A model generated the notes under the pieces. It did no database searches. It saw only the letters and a list, made by a program, of their open reading frames with translations, and was not told where the DNA came from. 64,000 nt of DNA from Podarcis muralis (taxonomy: Eukaryota): contig NC_135659.1 of assembly GCF_964188315.1 (NCBI RefSeq), positions 37,944,001-38,008,000 on the forward strand. Reading direction: 5' to 3'. Each line of letters opens with the position of its first letter. Position 1 is the stretch's first letter. A program made the position numbers and the translations under genes. This document shows positions 50,141 to 63,746 of the stretch, piece by piece.

Positions 50141-51194
50141 TTGAGAAAGAACCTGCTTGAAAGCTCTTGACAAAGATGGACTGCAAAGGAAAAACTGGCT
50201 GTGAAAAATGGTAGCTACTAAGAGCACAACAATTGCAAATGAATGACAAATATTCCATAGTCAAATCTGAAAGTGGGTCTGCAGTTAATATAATGAATCA
50301 AGACTCAGTCGTAACTCTTCAGCAACTGATCAAATGTTGCAGAGCCATGGCTGCATTTCTTTTCCACTGGGCTCCATGGCCCAATGCAGATCTGTGCAAA
50401 TTAGCTGTGAACTTTTGAAAACTGTGTCACTGAACTATAAATCAATGGTGTTATTATAAACTACAAAGGTAGCACACTGAAACCCTCTCTTTACACTGTC
50501 TAACATCAACCATATTGACGTTTTCTGTCAATATATAATAATGTAATGTCACACTTGATAGGTCATGCAATAGAGTCAACTCTGATGCAGTGCAAAACTA
50601 TGTACCTCTGCCAAAAGGAATGGAGAAGCAAATGTCTGCATGTAACTATATGTAATTTTGTATTGCATAATCAATCTGATTATTGATTGAACTGTGTTTG
50701 GGAATAGTGGTTGTGATAGGAAGTTTAGAAATAAAATGCTCTGCCTCCCCCCCCCCCGGCTACATTAGGAATCGGCATTTTAAGTATCTTTACAGTCTTG
50801 CATTATGTAATCTGCATCTTTATGGTGCTAGGTAAAACGACTATATTCCTTTAACTATCATTGTGGCATTTATTTTTTGTTAATTGTCATATTTCCTGTT
50901 GATTTAAATGTGAATTGCATCCAATAGCAGTAGTTAGTTTTTTTAGAAATATCTAGCTGAGTGCTTACAGCTGTTAGCTTATTTGCCCCACAACAGTGTT
51001 TTGGTACTCACCACTATTAGTCGTACTTCAAAGATGGGAAACTGAGGGTAGGAGATGCCATGACTTGACCAAATCCACCCCGTATCTTTAGTTGTTCAAG
51101 GATTTGAACAGCCTGGGATCTGAAAATCCAATGTCCCAGTGACTGGTCCATGCATTTCTTGTTGACAAAATATGTAGCTTTTATGACGCTATCA

Positions 51195-51283
51195 GGATGT
51201 TATTGTGTTGTTTTTATTTTGATTATATATATTTTGTTGTTTTTATTTTGATCTTTTCTGTGAACCACCCTGAGACCTCTAAG
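51195..51283 (+). mobile_element. L2-type 3' tail running into a gap
   Basis: T-rich stretch then TGTGAACCACCCTGAGACCTC. Confidence 0.65.
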
Positions 51284-51455
51284 NNNNNNNNNNNNNNNNN
51301 NNNNNNNNNNNNNNNNNNNNNNNNNNNNNNNNNNNNNNNNNNNNNNNNNNNNNNNNNNNNNNNNNNNNNNNNNNNNNNNNNNNNNNNNNNNNNNNNNNNN
51401 NNNNNNNNNNNNNNNNNNNNNNNNNNNNNNNNNNNNNNNNNNNNNNNNNNNNNNN
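51284..51455. other. Assembly gap (172 N)
   Basis: Run of N. Confidence 1.
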
Positions 51456-52089
51456 GATGGTTATGTTCTACCTTCATAATCATTATGCATTTGGATCCTA
51501 GTTGCTAGAAACTGCAGGTGGGAAGAGAGCTGTTGTGCTCAGGTCCAGCTTGTGGGCTTCCCATAGCAGGGGCAGACCTTGGTAATATGGAGGGGGGGGC
51601 TGCACAAGGCCAAAATTTGATGCCACCCACCCCAAGCTGCTTTCCCAAAGTCAGGTAAGTGTCTTTAGGAAGGAGGTGTCAGGGCTCTGGCAGGGTCCTA
51701 GAGCCCTCCCATTTCCTTCCCAAAGCTGAACAAGCATTAACTATACTATAGGCTTTGGGAAGAAGGCGGGAAGCGTCCTGTGTGGGGGAACTGGTCGCAC
51801 GGCTGTTCTGTACTGTAGACCCAACGGTGGGCTCGTGGGGTTGGTTGGGTGCAGGGATGCCAAAGACATCAGAATGGCCAGTTATAATGCTTTCTTAAGA
51901 AAGGTAAGGACATGGCAAATCAGCCTGTCAGGTTTAGCCCTTCTGCTCAGCAGCCATGTGGCAGACTACAGCAAGGAGATGGCTTGTCTACGCCCAAGGA
52001 AATGTGCACACATTGTTTATACACAAAGCAGCATACGTCACGATGCCTAACACTTTTCGTCACTTCATCTGCACAGAATTTTTGCTTAA

Positions 52090-52235
52090 TGGTTGCCATC
52101 AATTTGATTTTAATTAGTTTTTATAATGAAATGTTTTTAGAATGTTGCATTATTTGATTGTTGTTAGCCGCCCTGAGCCCGGCTTTGGCTGGGGAGGGCG
52201 GGATATAAATAATTTTTTTTTTATTATTATTATTC
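52090..52235 (+). mobile_element. L2-type 3' tail
   Basis: GTTAGCCGCCCTGAGCCCGGCTTTGGCTGGGGAGGGCGGGATATAAATAA followed by (TTA)n. CpGs intact. Confidence 0.8.
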
Positions 52236-52514
52236 ATCTGTCTAGATGAGGGCATAGATGGAAAATACAAACCTTACAGAAAGCTCCCCTTTCTGGGCTC
52301 AGAGCTCAGCACCCCAAGTAGACAAATAAGGATAACACCAAAGCAAGCCAACTAGCTTATATTGAAACAAGTGAATATAGAAATATATGAGCTTACTGCT
52401 TCAACAACTACCAATTAATCGTGGGGTTATCTTGCCTACCAAAATGGTGCTAGTGAAACTTCCATAATAGTTCACCTTTTGTTCAACACAGCTGCCCTAA
52501 ATCCCCACAGGTAT

Positions 52515-52595
52515 TTGTTTGGCCACTGTGAGAACAAGATTTTGGACTGGATGGGACATTGTCCCTGATCCAGCATCCTCTTCTCATCTTCTTAT
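52515..52595 (+). mobile_element. CR1-type 3' end
   Basis: TTGGCCACTGTGAGAACAAGA...CTGATCCAGCA. Confidence 0.7.
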
Positions 52596-55144
52596 AGCTT
52601 CTTATGAATGGAAAATCCTATTACCAGGTACTAACTGCTCATCTTCATGAAATATATTAAGGAGACTTCTACTCTTTCTTCACAGTGCTCAGGTACAAAA
52701 ATAAAAATAAAAAATTGCATCTTTCAGAGAATAATGAAGAGCTGATGAAAATGTACCAAAGCATTTATCATTTCCTGAAGTATAGATGCTCTTGGGGCAA
52801 GCCATAATATTAGTGGACCTGAGTGCTGTCATGCATAAGCTCCAAAATAATGCCTACTGGTGCAGTAATGAGACCTGTGCTTATTTTTTGCCAGCTGTTG
52901 GATAATAACACATCTCTCGCCTGTCTTAAAAAGGTGCACCGCTCTTTAATTATTGGCAACACATATGTGTGGTGTGTGTTTTTAGATGGGAGGATACTTT
53001 CATGGCTTTTTTGCTGTGATAATAATCTGCCGTTCTACTTATCCTTCCCCAGTATATACAGCATCCACCTTCCAAAGATGAGGAAGAAGCATCATTAGTA
53101 CACTTCTAGATAAATAGGCATAAGGTAGACGAGTGGGAGCTGCAAAAAAAAAATGTAGTGTATTCTTTTCACATCCTAGCAGCAACTCTTCTGTTCAGTC
53201 ATGCCCTGTTCTAGGACATTCCATTCAATGACTCCCCTTTTCTGTTTTCCTTTTTCCAAATGATATTCAACATTCCATGGCTACTGCATACACTTGGTCT
53301 TCATTAGAGTGTTTTGTGGGGCTTTTAGTATTATTATTGTGATATCCATGGACATGCTTATAACTCCCTCTTGTTCCTCATTGGTCCTGTTTTGGCACTC
53401 ACCCTCTGACACAGCTATTAGAGAGAATGATGAAATAGCCATATTGCAGCAACTGTGTAGACACACAAGCCATTAAAATGGAACTTCTGAGGAAGCTTTT
53501 TGCCAACTCATGTCAAACAAGTGCTATATATTATACATTCAGTACATGTTACACAGCTGTCAGAGTAATCTGTCAATGAAACGATAGTTTAGTCATATTT
53601 CACCATCCATCACTTTTCCATTTCCTTCCTCACCTGTTTCTCTCTCATCTCCCTTCCTCTACCTGCTCAGGAAGGGGTAATTTTGCACAGTACGGTATCT
53701 CCTGAATAAGCAGGGTGAAATTCAAAAGGATACTTGTAAAGGTGGAGAGCTATGTAAATCCAATCTGTAATAACTATACTTAACAGGTAAAATGCACCAT
53801 ATTGTTGGTCTGTAGGGAGTTTTTTTTTATTACCATTTCATCAAGACATTTCCCCTTCTAGTTATGAAGACATTCCCCACTTGAAAAATTAATCCCAAAG
53901 AACCTTATTACACAGCTAGGAGGCCATGCAAAAAAATATATAGTCAAGAGTTCGATCAAAGTGGAAGACATTCCTATTTCAAAAATAGAAGCTATAATAC
54001 ATACTTGCCTACTTCACATGTTACATTTTCCTGGGTTCCTTGAGCTCAACACATATCTGAGACAATGAAGGTCAAATACTATTCAGTATTTGCTTAGTCT
54101 CACATAGAACAGCACTGGATATTAAAGTGGTACATTAAGAGCTCTGTCCTGTACATGTCTACTGAGAAGTAAAAGTCCAATTGAGTCCAATGAGGGTTTC
54201 TTCCTTGGAAATAGATACAGGAGTAGAGCCTAATTGATTATTTTTTCAAAGCACTCAAGACTATACTATTTGGATTTGTGAACAGTTCAAAAAATCTATC
54301 ACTAATGCATTGAATATAAAGTAACCATAGTCTTCTTTCATGGTATATCAGTGAAATAATTATGGCATTAAACACAAGATCTATCAACTGGTAAGTTTGA
54401 AATAGTTGCATTACTATACAGTTCTATGCACTTAAACTCAGAAGCAAGGCCTATTGAATTCAATGGGACTACTCCCAGGTAAGCATATATTAGGACTATA
54501 GCATTAATCTCCTCAAACAGAAAATCGGTGTTAACTCACCATCATCCTTCCGTAGATATGCAATGGAAATTACACAATTCTCTTAAGAGTTAAAATGACA
54601 AAATCCCAATTGTTTTCAGTGCAGCTTAACATTTCTCAAATTTACAATCTTTGCTCTGAAAGGCTTGGGCTTTGGAATAAAATTATATGAGATTCTGCAA
54701 AAATAGGGTAGGAGACAGGACTATGAAAATAGTTTCAATGAAATAATAAGCCAGCTCAAACATTGTGGCTGTAACATTATTACATGGCACATTAGCAGTT
54801 AAGTTTCCAATTCCTATTATGCAGTTGAGGTTAGTATCAGTATACTCTTTAGAAATTTGAACCTTCATTGCTAAGGAAAAGAAATTCAAAAGAGACCCTG
54901 ATATTTGTGACCAATAATAGAACAGTAGAGTTGGAAGGTACCCTGAGGGTCATCTAATCCAAGTCCCTACAATGCAGAAATTACAACTAAAGAATCTCTG
55001 ACAGAAGGCCATCCAATCTCTGTTTAAAAACCTCCTGTGAAGGAGAGTCCACCACTTTCCACATGAATCTGTTCCACTGTTGAACAGCTCTTGCTATCAG
55101 AAAGTCCTTCCTAATGTTTAGTCAGACTCTTCTTTCTTGTAATT

Positions 55145-55255
55145 CTTTAATGTTTGGGGTTTTGTTGTGTTTTAAATGTTTTGTTGGGAGCCACACAGAG
55201 TGGTTGGGGCAGCCCAGTCAGATGGGCAGCATATAAATAATAAAATGATTAATAA
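55145..55255 (+). mobile_element. Short L2 3' tail inserted in CR1
   Basis: GGGAGCCACACAGAGTGGTTGGGGCAGCCCAGTCAGATGGG, flanked by TAATT repeats. Confidence 0.8.
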
Positions 55256-55389
55256 TAATTTGAATCCATTTGTCCAGGTCCTACCCAGTGGAGCAGCTCG
55301 GTCTTCCCTGTGGCAGCCCTTCATATCAGCTCTCAGTCTTCTCTTCTTCAGACTAAACACACCCAGCTCCACCAGCTATTCCTATAAGG

Positions 55390-55512
55390 CAGGCTTCCTC
55401 AAACTCGGCCTTCCAGATGTTTTGAGACTACAGTTCCCATCAACCCTGCTAGCCAAGGATTATGGGAGTTGTAGGCCAAAAACATCTGGCGGGCCGAATT
55501 TGAGGAAGCCTG
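55390..55512. mobile_element. hAT (Charlie/Buster-like) MITE inserted in CR1
   Basis: 14-bp TIR CAGGCTTCCTCAAA / TTTGAGGAAGCCTG and perfect TSD CTATAAGG (55382-55389, 55513-55520). Confidence 0.96.
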
Positions 55513-57081
55513 CTATAAGGCTTGGTTTGCAGACCCTTGATCATCCTGGTAACCTTCTTTTGCACACATTTCAGATTGTCAATATCCTTAAATTGTGGTG
55601 CCCAGAACTGGACACAGCACTCCAGGTATGGTCTGAATAACAACTATGTGCTATTACTTTCCTTGACTTGGAAACAATATTTCTGTTGATGTAGCCTAGA
55701 AGTGTATAAGTTTTGTGTGTGTGTTTTCCTGCAGCTACATGCTGCATCACACTGTTATCTCATGTTAAGCTTGTGGGCCACTATGACCCCAGAACCTTTT
55801 CACATATACCGTACTGCTGTCAAACCAAATGTCCCTCATGCTATATCTGTGGATCTGATTATTCATGTAGAGCCTTACTAAGAAAGTCGTTTTCTCAGGT
55901 TCGGCCTAGTTCTCATATCTCTTATGTCACATTGAATCCCAGTTCTATCTTCTGAAGTATTAGCTGACCCTCCCAGTTTGGTGTCATCTGCAAATTTGAT
56001 GAGTGCCCTCTCTATTCCTTCGTTCAAGTTGTTCAGTGAGATGTTGAACAACTCTGAGCCTAGGACATAGACCTACAGCACTCAATTTGTCACTTTTTTC
56101 AAGGTGGTGAGGAACCATTGGTGAGCAATCTTTGGTTTCAGTCAATGAACCAGCTACAAATCCACCCAACAATAACATTGTCTAGCCCACATTTTACCAG
56201 CTTCACCACAAGAATACCATGGTTGTTGCAACAGCATAGTGCAGCTGTAACCTGATCTCCCTTTTTGTTTGTTTGTTTTTATAAAAGCCATATTTTTTCC
56301 CATTGGAGTCAATGAGAGACGTGACTTTTCCAATCTCTGCTGCTCACACAACTGCTCTGAAGTGTTTCTTAATCTTTACATGACACCAGAGCACTTGCTG
56401 AAATTCAGAATGAAGCATCTACAAAAGCAGAACGCAAAGGAAAGAAAGATGCTCGTGTTATGAGGGATGAAATTAAACTTCCATTTCCATTGCAAACGCT
56501 TGGACATATGGACTGTAATTGGGGAACTTTAAGCAGAGATTTCAGCTGTATCTCACCATACAGCAGTTAGTGCAGCTGAAAAGCCTGACAAATGAAAAAT
56601 AGCATGGCATCTCACAATTGCAAGGTCACCAGCAATTGATAGTTTGAATACATTTACATATATTTGGCTGCTTCTGAGTAAGAAGCAAAAGGAGGACGTC
56701 TATATGGAGAGAGAGGTGAAACAGCAAAATGGATTATTTGATTATATGCACTGCTTATTGTAGGGGTATGAGTCGTATGCAAAGATGAGTCCCTGCTTGG
56801 CTGAAAAAGAAAAAGAAAGAGAGGCAATCATTGTCTCATCTTCACATTACAAACCACATTGGGACAGATGGACACCAATCTCCTCTTTTCAAGATTAGTA
56901 GGTGTGTGATTTATTCATTGAGCCAGCTACTCAGTGGATTTTGGAGCAGTGCTTCTTACAATTTAGTTCAAATGGTGTAAGTCTAACTCTCAGTGGCACC
57001 CACTCCTTCAAGCCTAACCCTGTTTTTCATTGGAAATAGATGTTATGAAAGAACAAGGAACTACTAGAAATAGTTCTTTAG

Positions 57082-57084
<3 letters not shown>

Positions 57085-57116
<32 letters not shown>
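57085..57116. repeat. (CA)n microsatellite
   Basis: Direct reading. Confidence 0.97.
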
Positions 57117-57118
<2 letters not shown>

Positions 57119-58129
57119 TAAAATTACCTACATAGGTTTATATATATTTGAAAAGTTGTCCTAAATACATGTGGAGACTGCTTTAAGAAGCCTGGCAGCG
57201 CTGATGGCTTGGCAGACTCTGAGCAGCTCAGCTTGAACCTGAGCAGCAAGTTGATTGGGTTGAGGAGCCAGGAGCAAAGAGCAGATCGAGGTTCATGTCA
57301 GTACACAGTGGTGCTTCAGCAGAACAGAGATTAGGCCAGCAGTTCCCTTCACTTGCAATCTGCTGCCATGGTGCAGGGAGGAAGGTGTGTTGGCACAGGT
57401 TTAAGATTCATAGTACTTTACATGGCCAGTGGTGTTAGGACTCACCCACTCCTGGAACTGGAGACAACTATGCACAGATCCGGGCCAACCTGAACCAGAA
57501 CCAGGCAGAAACAGTGTACCGAAAGGGAATATCTGAGGCCATTCTCCAGAACTGCAGTTATCCTCATCCAGGGGAATTGTAGAGCTAGGGGACCTAATTT
57601 CCCCCTGTTGCACATTGTGTCCCTTGAATCTGCAGGTTCTCTGGGACCCCCAATTCTGGATTCTACTAGTCAGCTCAGAGGCAGAAAATCCAAACATGGT
57701 ACCAACCTGTCAGCAGAGGCATCAAATGCCCTTCTTGGAAGAAGAACCATGGTCCTAAGCAAGATGAGTATGTTTGAGGAACTCACTCCTCTACAAAATG
57801 ATGTGATCTGCATTTTGTGGGAGGATCATAATTTAGCTTCCAATTGGATTTTGCACTTCAGTTGTTTGTAGATGAACTATATTTTGAGAGAAAATACACA
57901 AGTATTTATTTTGAAGGACAAGACACATTTCAATATTAAAATCTGTAACTGCAATTTTGAAGTGATTTGAGATTCTACGGAAACAGAATGGAATTGTGAA
58001 CAAAATCCTGCAAAAGTGTTCCATAGTGGGAACAGAAACATCCACCTATCCCTTGGTCAGCATCAGAGCCATCCCCGTACACCAAGGTGGAAGATGCAGT
58101 CAGACTGCATACTTTCTGATACCCTTCAA

Positions 58130-58200
<71 letters not shown>

Positions 58201-58204
58201 CACC
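58130..58204. repeat. Compound (ATT)13(ACT)7(ACC)5 microsatellite
   Basis: Direct count. Confidence 0.97.
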
Positions 58205-58439
58205 ACTACAGCTTCTATCATCCCTGAACATTGGTCACATTGGCTGGGGAAGTTGCATTCCAAAACATTTAGAGGGCACCTATTGGGGGAAACCATAAAC
58301 TGCTGTTCTGACATTTCTAGATTCAACACTGTCAAATAGACCTTCAGCTAGAATAAGCTGGACAGCTCCTATCTCCTCAGCAGTAGAAGCTCTGGGTTCT
58401 ACGATTGCTGGACAGCTCCCCTGCTTCTCAGAGTTCCCT

Positions 58440-58618
58440 GTCAATAGACATGGGTTGTTAAATCACTTTGAAAAAGCATAGTTCTGTGAGGTGAATGGGA
58501 AATCTGCTAACAACTCTCAACACCCTTGACAAACTACAATTCCTGGAATTATTTTGGAGAAGTCATGGCTGTTGAAAGTGGTATGGTAGTGCTTTTAACA
58601 TAAGTTGCAGATAGGGCC
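58440..58618. mobile_element. Partial palindromic MITE (same family as 6190-6533)
   Basis: AACAACTCTCAACACCCTTGACAAACTACAATTCC...TTGCAGATAGGGCC. Confidence 0.7.
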
Positions 58619-58968
58619 AAGGAGCTGAACTAGTACACTTGCCCACACTGTCTCTCCTGTGTAGCAGCAACCTTCATTAGCAATGCATGAAGTGGGCTAT
58701 TTTAAATAGTATTTTAATGTTGTTGATACAATGGGCTCTGGTTCTGCTACTTCTAGTTCTTCTTACATAACTAATTGCTTTCTTCGTCCACTGATATGCA
58801 CTAGAGCTTCATTCAGTATTAAGTGAGGCTAAATTCATCAGAAAAGATTTCCCTAAGAAAATTGTTGGATGAGTTCACCTACCCACAATGAAACCTGGCA
58901 AAATGCCTCAGTCCCAGTTTTGCCACCAATACAAATAGTACGGAGGATTTGAGGATGCTGTTTTCACA

Positions 58969-58969
<1 letters not shown>

Positions 58970-58999
<30 letters not shown>

Positions 59000-59110
59000 A
59001 GTTTGGATTTGATATCCCGCCTTTCACTCCCCTTCAGGAGTCTCAAAGCGGCTAACATTCTCCTTTCCCTTCCTCCCCCACAACAAACACTCTGTGAGGT
59101 GAGTGGGGCT
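58970..59110 (-). mobile_element. 5'-truncated Squam3C-like SINE
   Basis: Near-identical reverse complement of ~23905-24060, with an (AAG)n tail. Confidence 0.93.
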
Positions 59111-60311
59111 CATTTTACCCCATTTTACCATACATAAGTATCTGATGTGTGGTTAGAATCCTCCTTACAGAAGAATGCAAATGCTACCCGAGAGCCAGTG
59201 AGCTAACCCAAGGACAACCTGGTTTCATGTATTGGTTCAAACTATTGGTGAGTGAAAATATGTGGACTGGTTGGAGGGAAATGGGAAACTTATGCAAGGA
59301 ACCAACCACTAAGTGTCCATTAAGTTGGCACAAGCTGGTGACATGAATAAATATGATGGACCTATGTCAGTTCAGAGCAGGAGTAGTCAAGATGGATGAG
59401 ACCATGATGGATGGGACTGTTTTGGAGTTCAAAACACCTGGAGGATACCATATTGGCTAACCCTGGTTGAGAAGAGAGGGAATGTTAAAGAAAGCAGAAA
59501 CAATTATCTGGAAACTGTTGGCATGACATTAAACTGCAGCTTCCATTGACACACTAAGCCCTTTGTAACCCCTGCTGGAAACTGTGAACAATTGTTCCCC
59601 TATAGAGTTTTCAAGTAGCTGCTCTGTGGTAAATAAGCTTTTAAACAACTAGTGTGTGGCTCCCACTCCCTCATCTCTGTTTCCATTCAGAATATGATCA
59701 TCTCTTCAAGACATCCCCACCCCACCCCAAGTATGAGAAATTATTACTGAGATGCGCTGAGGGCAAATGTCTCTGAGAGGAAAAGAACTTTAGATGTTAT
59801 GTTGGTAAAAGGTTTATATAATGGATTGATTAATAGCACAGTCTATGGTGTTATAAGAAGCACCTACTCGGTTTCCAAACAAACTGCTTTTCAGAATTTC
59901 AAGTGCCCACAATCTGACAGTAGACTGTAAAGACTTCTGCCATCAACATCATGGTGCTAGTTTTATGAAACATTTATTGCTCCATTGTAGACAGACGCAT
60001 CTCTCTGGCAAACATCACATATTTTGTATTTACTCTCAGCAACTTGGCAGGTTTTTATTCAGTACTGTAAGGGACTGCAACCCTAAAACACAATGTTCCA
60101 TCCATGGGGCTTACTTCTGAGTAGACATGTCTAGGATAGCACTGGAGAGGTTGAGATAGCCATTTTGCTCAGAATCCATAACTTTGCCAGGGATCCATAT
60201 TGACATGTAATCTACAAATGCAAATATCCAAGCTTACTAAATCATAATTCACTGAATAGTATCTACTGGACCTGATGGCAAGGGGACCAGAAATGGCCAT
60301 GCCCCCTAAAA

Positions 60312-60576
60312 CATGGATAGGCAAACTAAAGCCCGGGGGCCGGATCCGGCCCAATCGCCTTCTAAATCTGGTCCGTGGACGGTCCCAGAATCAGTGTGTT
60401 TTTACATGAGTAGAATGTGTCCTTTTATTTAAAATGCATCTCTGGGTTATTAGTGGGGCCTGCCTGGTGGGGCATAGGAATTGGTTCGTTTTTTAAAATC
60501 AAAAAATAGTCTGGCCCCCCGCAAGGTCTGAGGGACAGTGGACCGGCCCCCTGCTGAAAAAGTTTGCTGACCCCTG
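60312..60576. mobile_element. hAT (Charlie/Buster-like) MITE
   Basis: Ends CATGGATAGGCAAACT / AGTTTGCTGACCCCTG, TSD CCCTAAAA / CCCTAAAC (7/8), subterminal GGCCC motifs. Confidence 0.9.
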
Positions 60577-61035
60577 CCCTAAACTTTCATTGTTTTTCAT
60601 TAGATTAGTTTTATAAGGGGGTATTGTTTAAAATAAGAATAATTCAGGAGGGGTTGTGGATTTAATTAAGGAACCCCTATCCCCCCCATCTTTTCCAGTC
60701 CTATTCCGGCACCTCCCAACTGCTCTCTTTCAGGGGCTCAAGTTTATCAAATGGCAGCAGCAGACAGCTGTGAAGCCACTATTTAAAATGATTATTGATC
60801 CATTTTATTTTCTATGGAGTCCAAGGTGGATTGCAATGATAATAAAAACAACAGACGGCAATTAAATAAGACAGCAGTAAAACCACGTAAAACAGCAGCA
60901 GTAAAATAGTAATGAAACACAATCAAGGCCAGTATGTTTTTTTTAAAAAAAGAGGATCACATTTAACTGGGGGCAGGCAAACCATAAAATCTACCCTCTA
61001 AAGGCCAAGTGCCTTCTGTGACTAGAAAGCATCCC

Positions 61036-61037
<2 letters not shown>

Positions 61038-61078
<41 letters not shown>
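61038..61078. repeat. (CA)n microsatellite
   Basis: Direct reading. Confidence 0.97.
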
Positions 61079-61081
<3 letters not shown>

Positions 61082-63746
61082 ATAGCCTCCACTTCTGAAA
61101 GGATTCCCTAAGAAAGAACCTCCATAGGCCGCCACCAGTCAGGATGAAAGTCCTGAAAAAACCTCTAGGGTGCCTGATCATTTGCTGTTCCCACCTCAAT
61201 GCTCCTATTATAAGGGGACTGCCCAGCTATAATAAGGTGCATTATTGTAAGGGTGGGGGGTTAAAACTGAGATTTTTTAATGAATAAAAATACATGGATA
61301 TTTCTCTATTCAGGGTTCACTAGAGGATTGGCAATTCTCAAACACTCAACGGTGAGCTGTTCGTCCACATCAGGACAAAATGTTTTCTCAAAAATTTCTT
61401 TTGTTTTAAAGCTGTTTCTGGTCAAGGATAGTCCAGCTGCAGCCATCTTTGCTCTGGTGATCTCCTTATTTTATTTTTTCAATGCTTTGCGCATGGAACT
61501 CATCCTGCTGATGCCTCAGAAGCTTCATTCCAACAGAATATGGCTGCCTCAATTTTAACTGGTTTCACCAAAGTAAATCACACCACACTGATTTTAAACC
61601 AGGTTGGAATACTGTCCTCTCAGTGGGGTGACTGGAGACAATGTTGTTGCCATATTTGTTTATCAACCACATATTGGATTTTTAAAAACTGCCTTGATTT
61701 GTTATGATGTTATTTTTGCTATATTTGTTGCACTGCTCTCACCCATCACCCCCAGTATTTATATGGATGAAGGGTGGGGAGCTTACACATATTTTTAAAA
61801 TAAATAAATAAACTTAGCTAAATGGGAATTACGGTGCATGTACAACACAACTAATTGCTATTGGCAACTTGATTTAGGTTTCATACTTCTGTGGTAAGAG
61901 TTGAAAAGCTAAAGTAGCTAGTAACTGCGTTGCCTTCCCTCCTTAGCACTGTTAAGATTCACATTTCTTGGGCCCGTTTTCATAATTGACATTTTATTTC
62001 CTGGTTGTGTGTGTATGTTCAGCTAAAATGCAGTAACATGCTAAATAAATGCAATTTTACTTCCAGCATCAGGTCTTGGAGAGCTGAGGAAAGAGACAGC
62101 TGTCAATCAACGATGTGGCACATACATTTTTCTTAATACTGAGCATATTTCATAAAGCTGTCTCTGCTGGAAGACTTTAGGACAAATGGTGCTTGGAAGG
62201 ACTTTTTTCTGTATAGGTCTTTTTTTTCTTTTTGTATTTATAATAATAGCTTTGTGAAATAATGAAAAGTCTGAAGACAGACCATGCCTTCCTCAGGTTT
62301 GATTTGTCTCAAAACTAAAATTTGACAGCTCAGAAATACTGTTGCAAAACAGCTGAAAGCTGTGGATCTATTGAACACGCCTATATAAAGCTTTGTGGCC
62401 ATTCATATTCAGCTTATACATTATACTAAAAGTACAAACCCAATTGTGTAGTTTGTGTAAAAGATGTGTACAAAATATGTATGTTGTGGATGGATGTATT
62501 GAAAAGCAATGAAAAAAATCTGCATTTTACATATGAATGGTGCACATTTCTCATTAAAAGAGTGTACACAATGTGTGTAGTTTAATTGTGGACCTGCACC
62601 TTTTAAAAAATAAATCTATACAAATCAGGACAGATCAGATCTATAACTGATTGCCAGGAAGGTAGAAACAGGATGAAATATCTGCTCAGCCCATCCTTAC
62701 TGAGTGGTCCCCCTTGCGATCGCTAAAGCCTGAATTCCATTCTAGACTATTTCAGGGCTTACATTATTTGAGTCCAGAATACAATAAAATACACACAATG
62801 GGATTTGCTCCTCTAGCACAAGCCATTTTATAAATGATATTTCCCATATATTAGCCCTTTGAGAAATGTAGCCACTTACAGGGAAAGGCGCAAGATTTGT
62901 CAGAGGGGGTCATGAGTGGTAAAAAATGATAATGGTGCTGCAGTGTCATAATCAAAGCCTAATCGTCTCATTAATTAAGAGCAATATTGTAGTACATATT
63001 GGCTCCTAGGATGATTATTACTCAAATGCCTACTAAAATGTGTGAATTTATCTTCTGGCATGGCTTGCAGGCAGGCAAAGCATTTGGTAGAGGTTAAAAA
63101 GTTCAATTGCAGCTTTAAAGCATGCTTGAACTTTAGGCATGAACAATCATTGATCCGCTCTTCAGCTAACCAATTTTCAAATTCACCACCCCCGCTACAC
63201 ACACACGGAGCCTAATTACTTCCTACCAACATAGGGATAAAAAGCTCTTGTGTGGTGATGCAATTCGGTGCATAGCTGTGTCACTTGCAATGTTGCTCCA
63301 AGTAAACCTTGTCGTGATTTGAAAGGCTGTGGTATTTGAAGAAACTTCCCCCCTCCCTTTGTTCTACAAAATGAAAAGCAGTCAAAGAGTATGTCTTGGC
63401 CCACCCTCAACTCTACAGTCTCTACTAACTAGTGACAACACTAGGAAGTCACTGAAGGATATAGGAATGCTTTGGAACCCCGGAGATGGAGATGCAAGCC
63501 CAGCGCAAATAATTGACTCACATATTCGGTCAATGCATGAGGTGGCAGTGGGGTCATGCCAGCCCCACCCCTGGCAACATACACTGACCAGCCTCTTCCC
63601 CTGGCATCTGTACACACAGTACAAATGTCAGCACTTGCACAAAGCACTTATACACAAAGGTTTTCACATGTTCTGGATCTCACATGGTGAGAGGAGAGAC
63701 CCATTGGTCCTATGGAGATCCCTTTCATGAAGAGAGATCATACCTC

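Larger units (their letters stand above)
54918..56225 (-). mobile_element. CR1 LINE, 5'-truncated, carrying two younger insertions
   Basis: Antisense 3' end TAGAACAGTAGAGTTGGAAGG...GTCATCTAATCCAA. ORF-track pieces RPYLECCVQFWAPQFKDIDNLKCVQKKVTRMIKGL and ELGVFSLKKRRLRADM. Confidence 0.95.

Noticed and set aside
58016-58339. Poly-I/T/L/V ORFs (also 28574, 23770, 17108, 20177)
   Set aside because: The homopolymer tracts are translated microsatellites.
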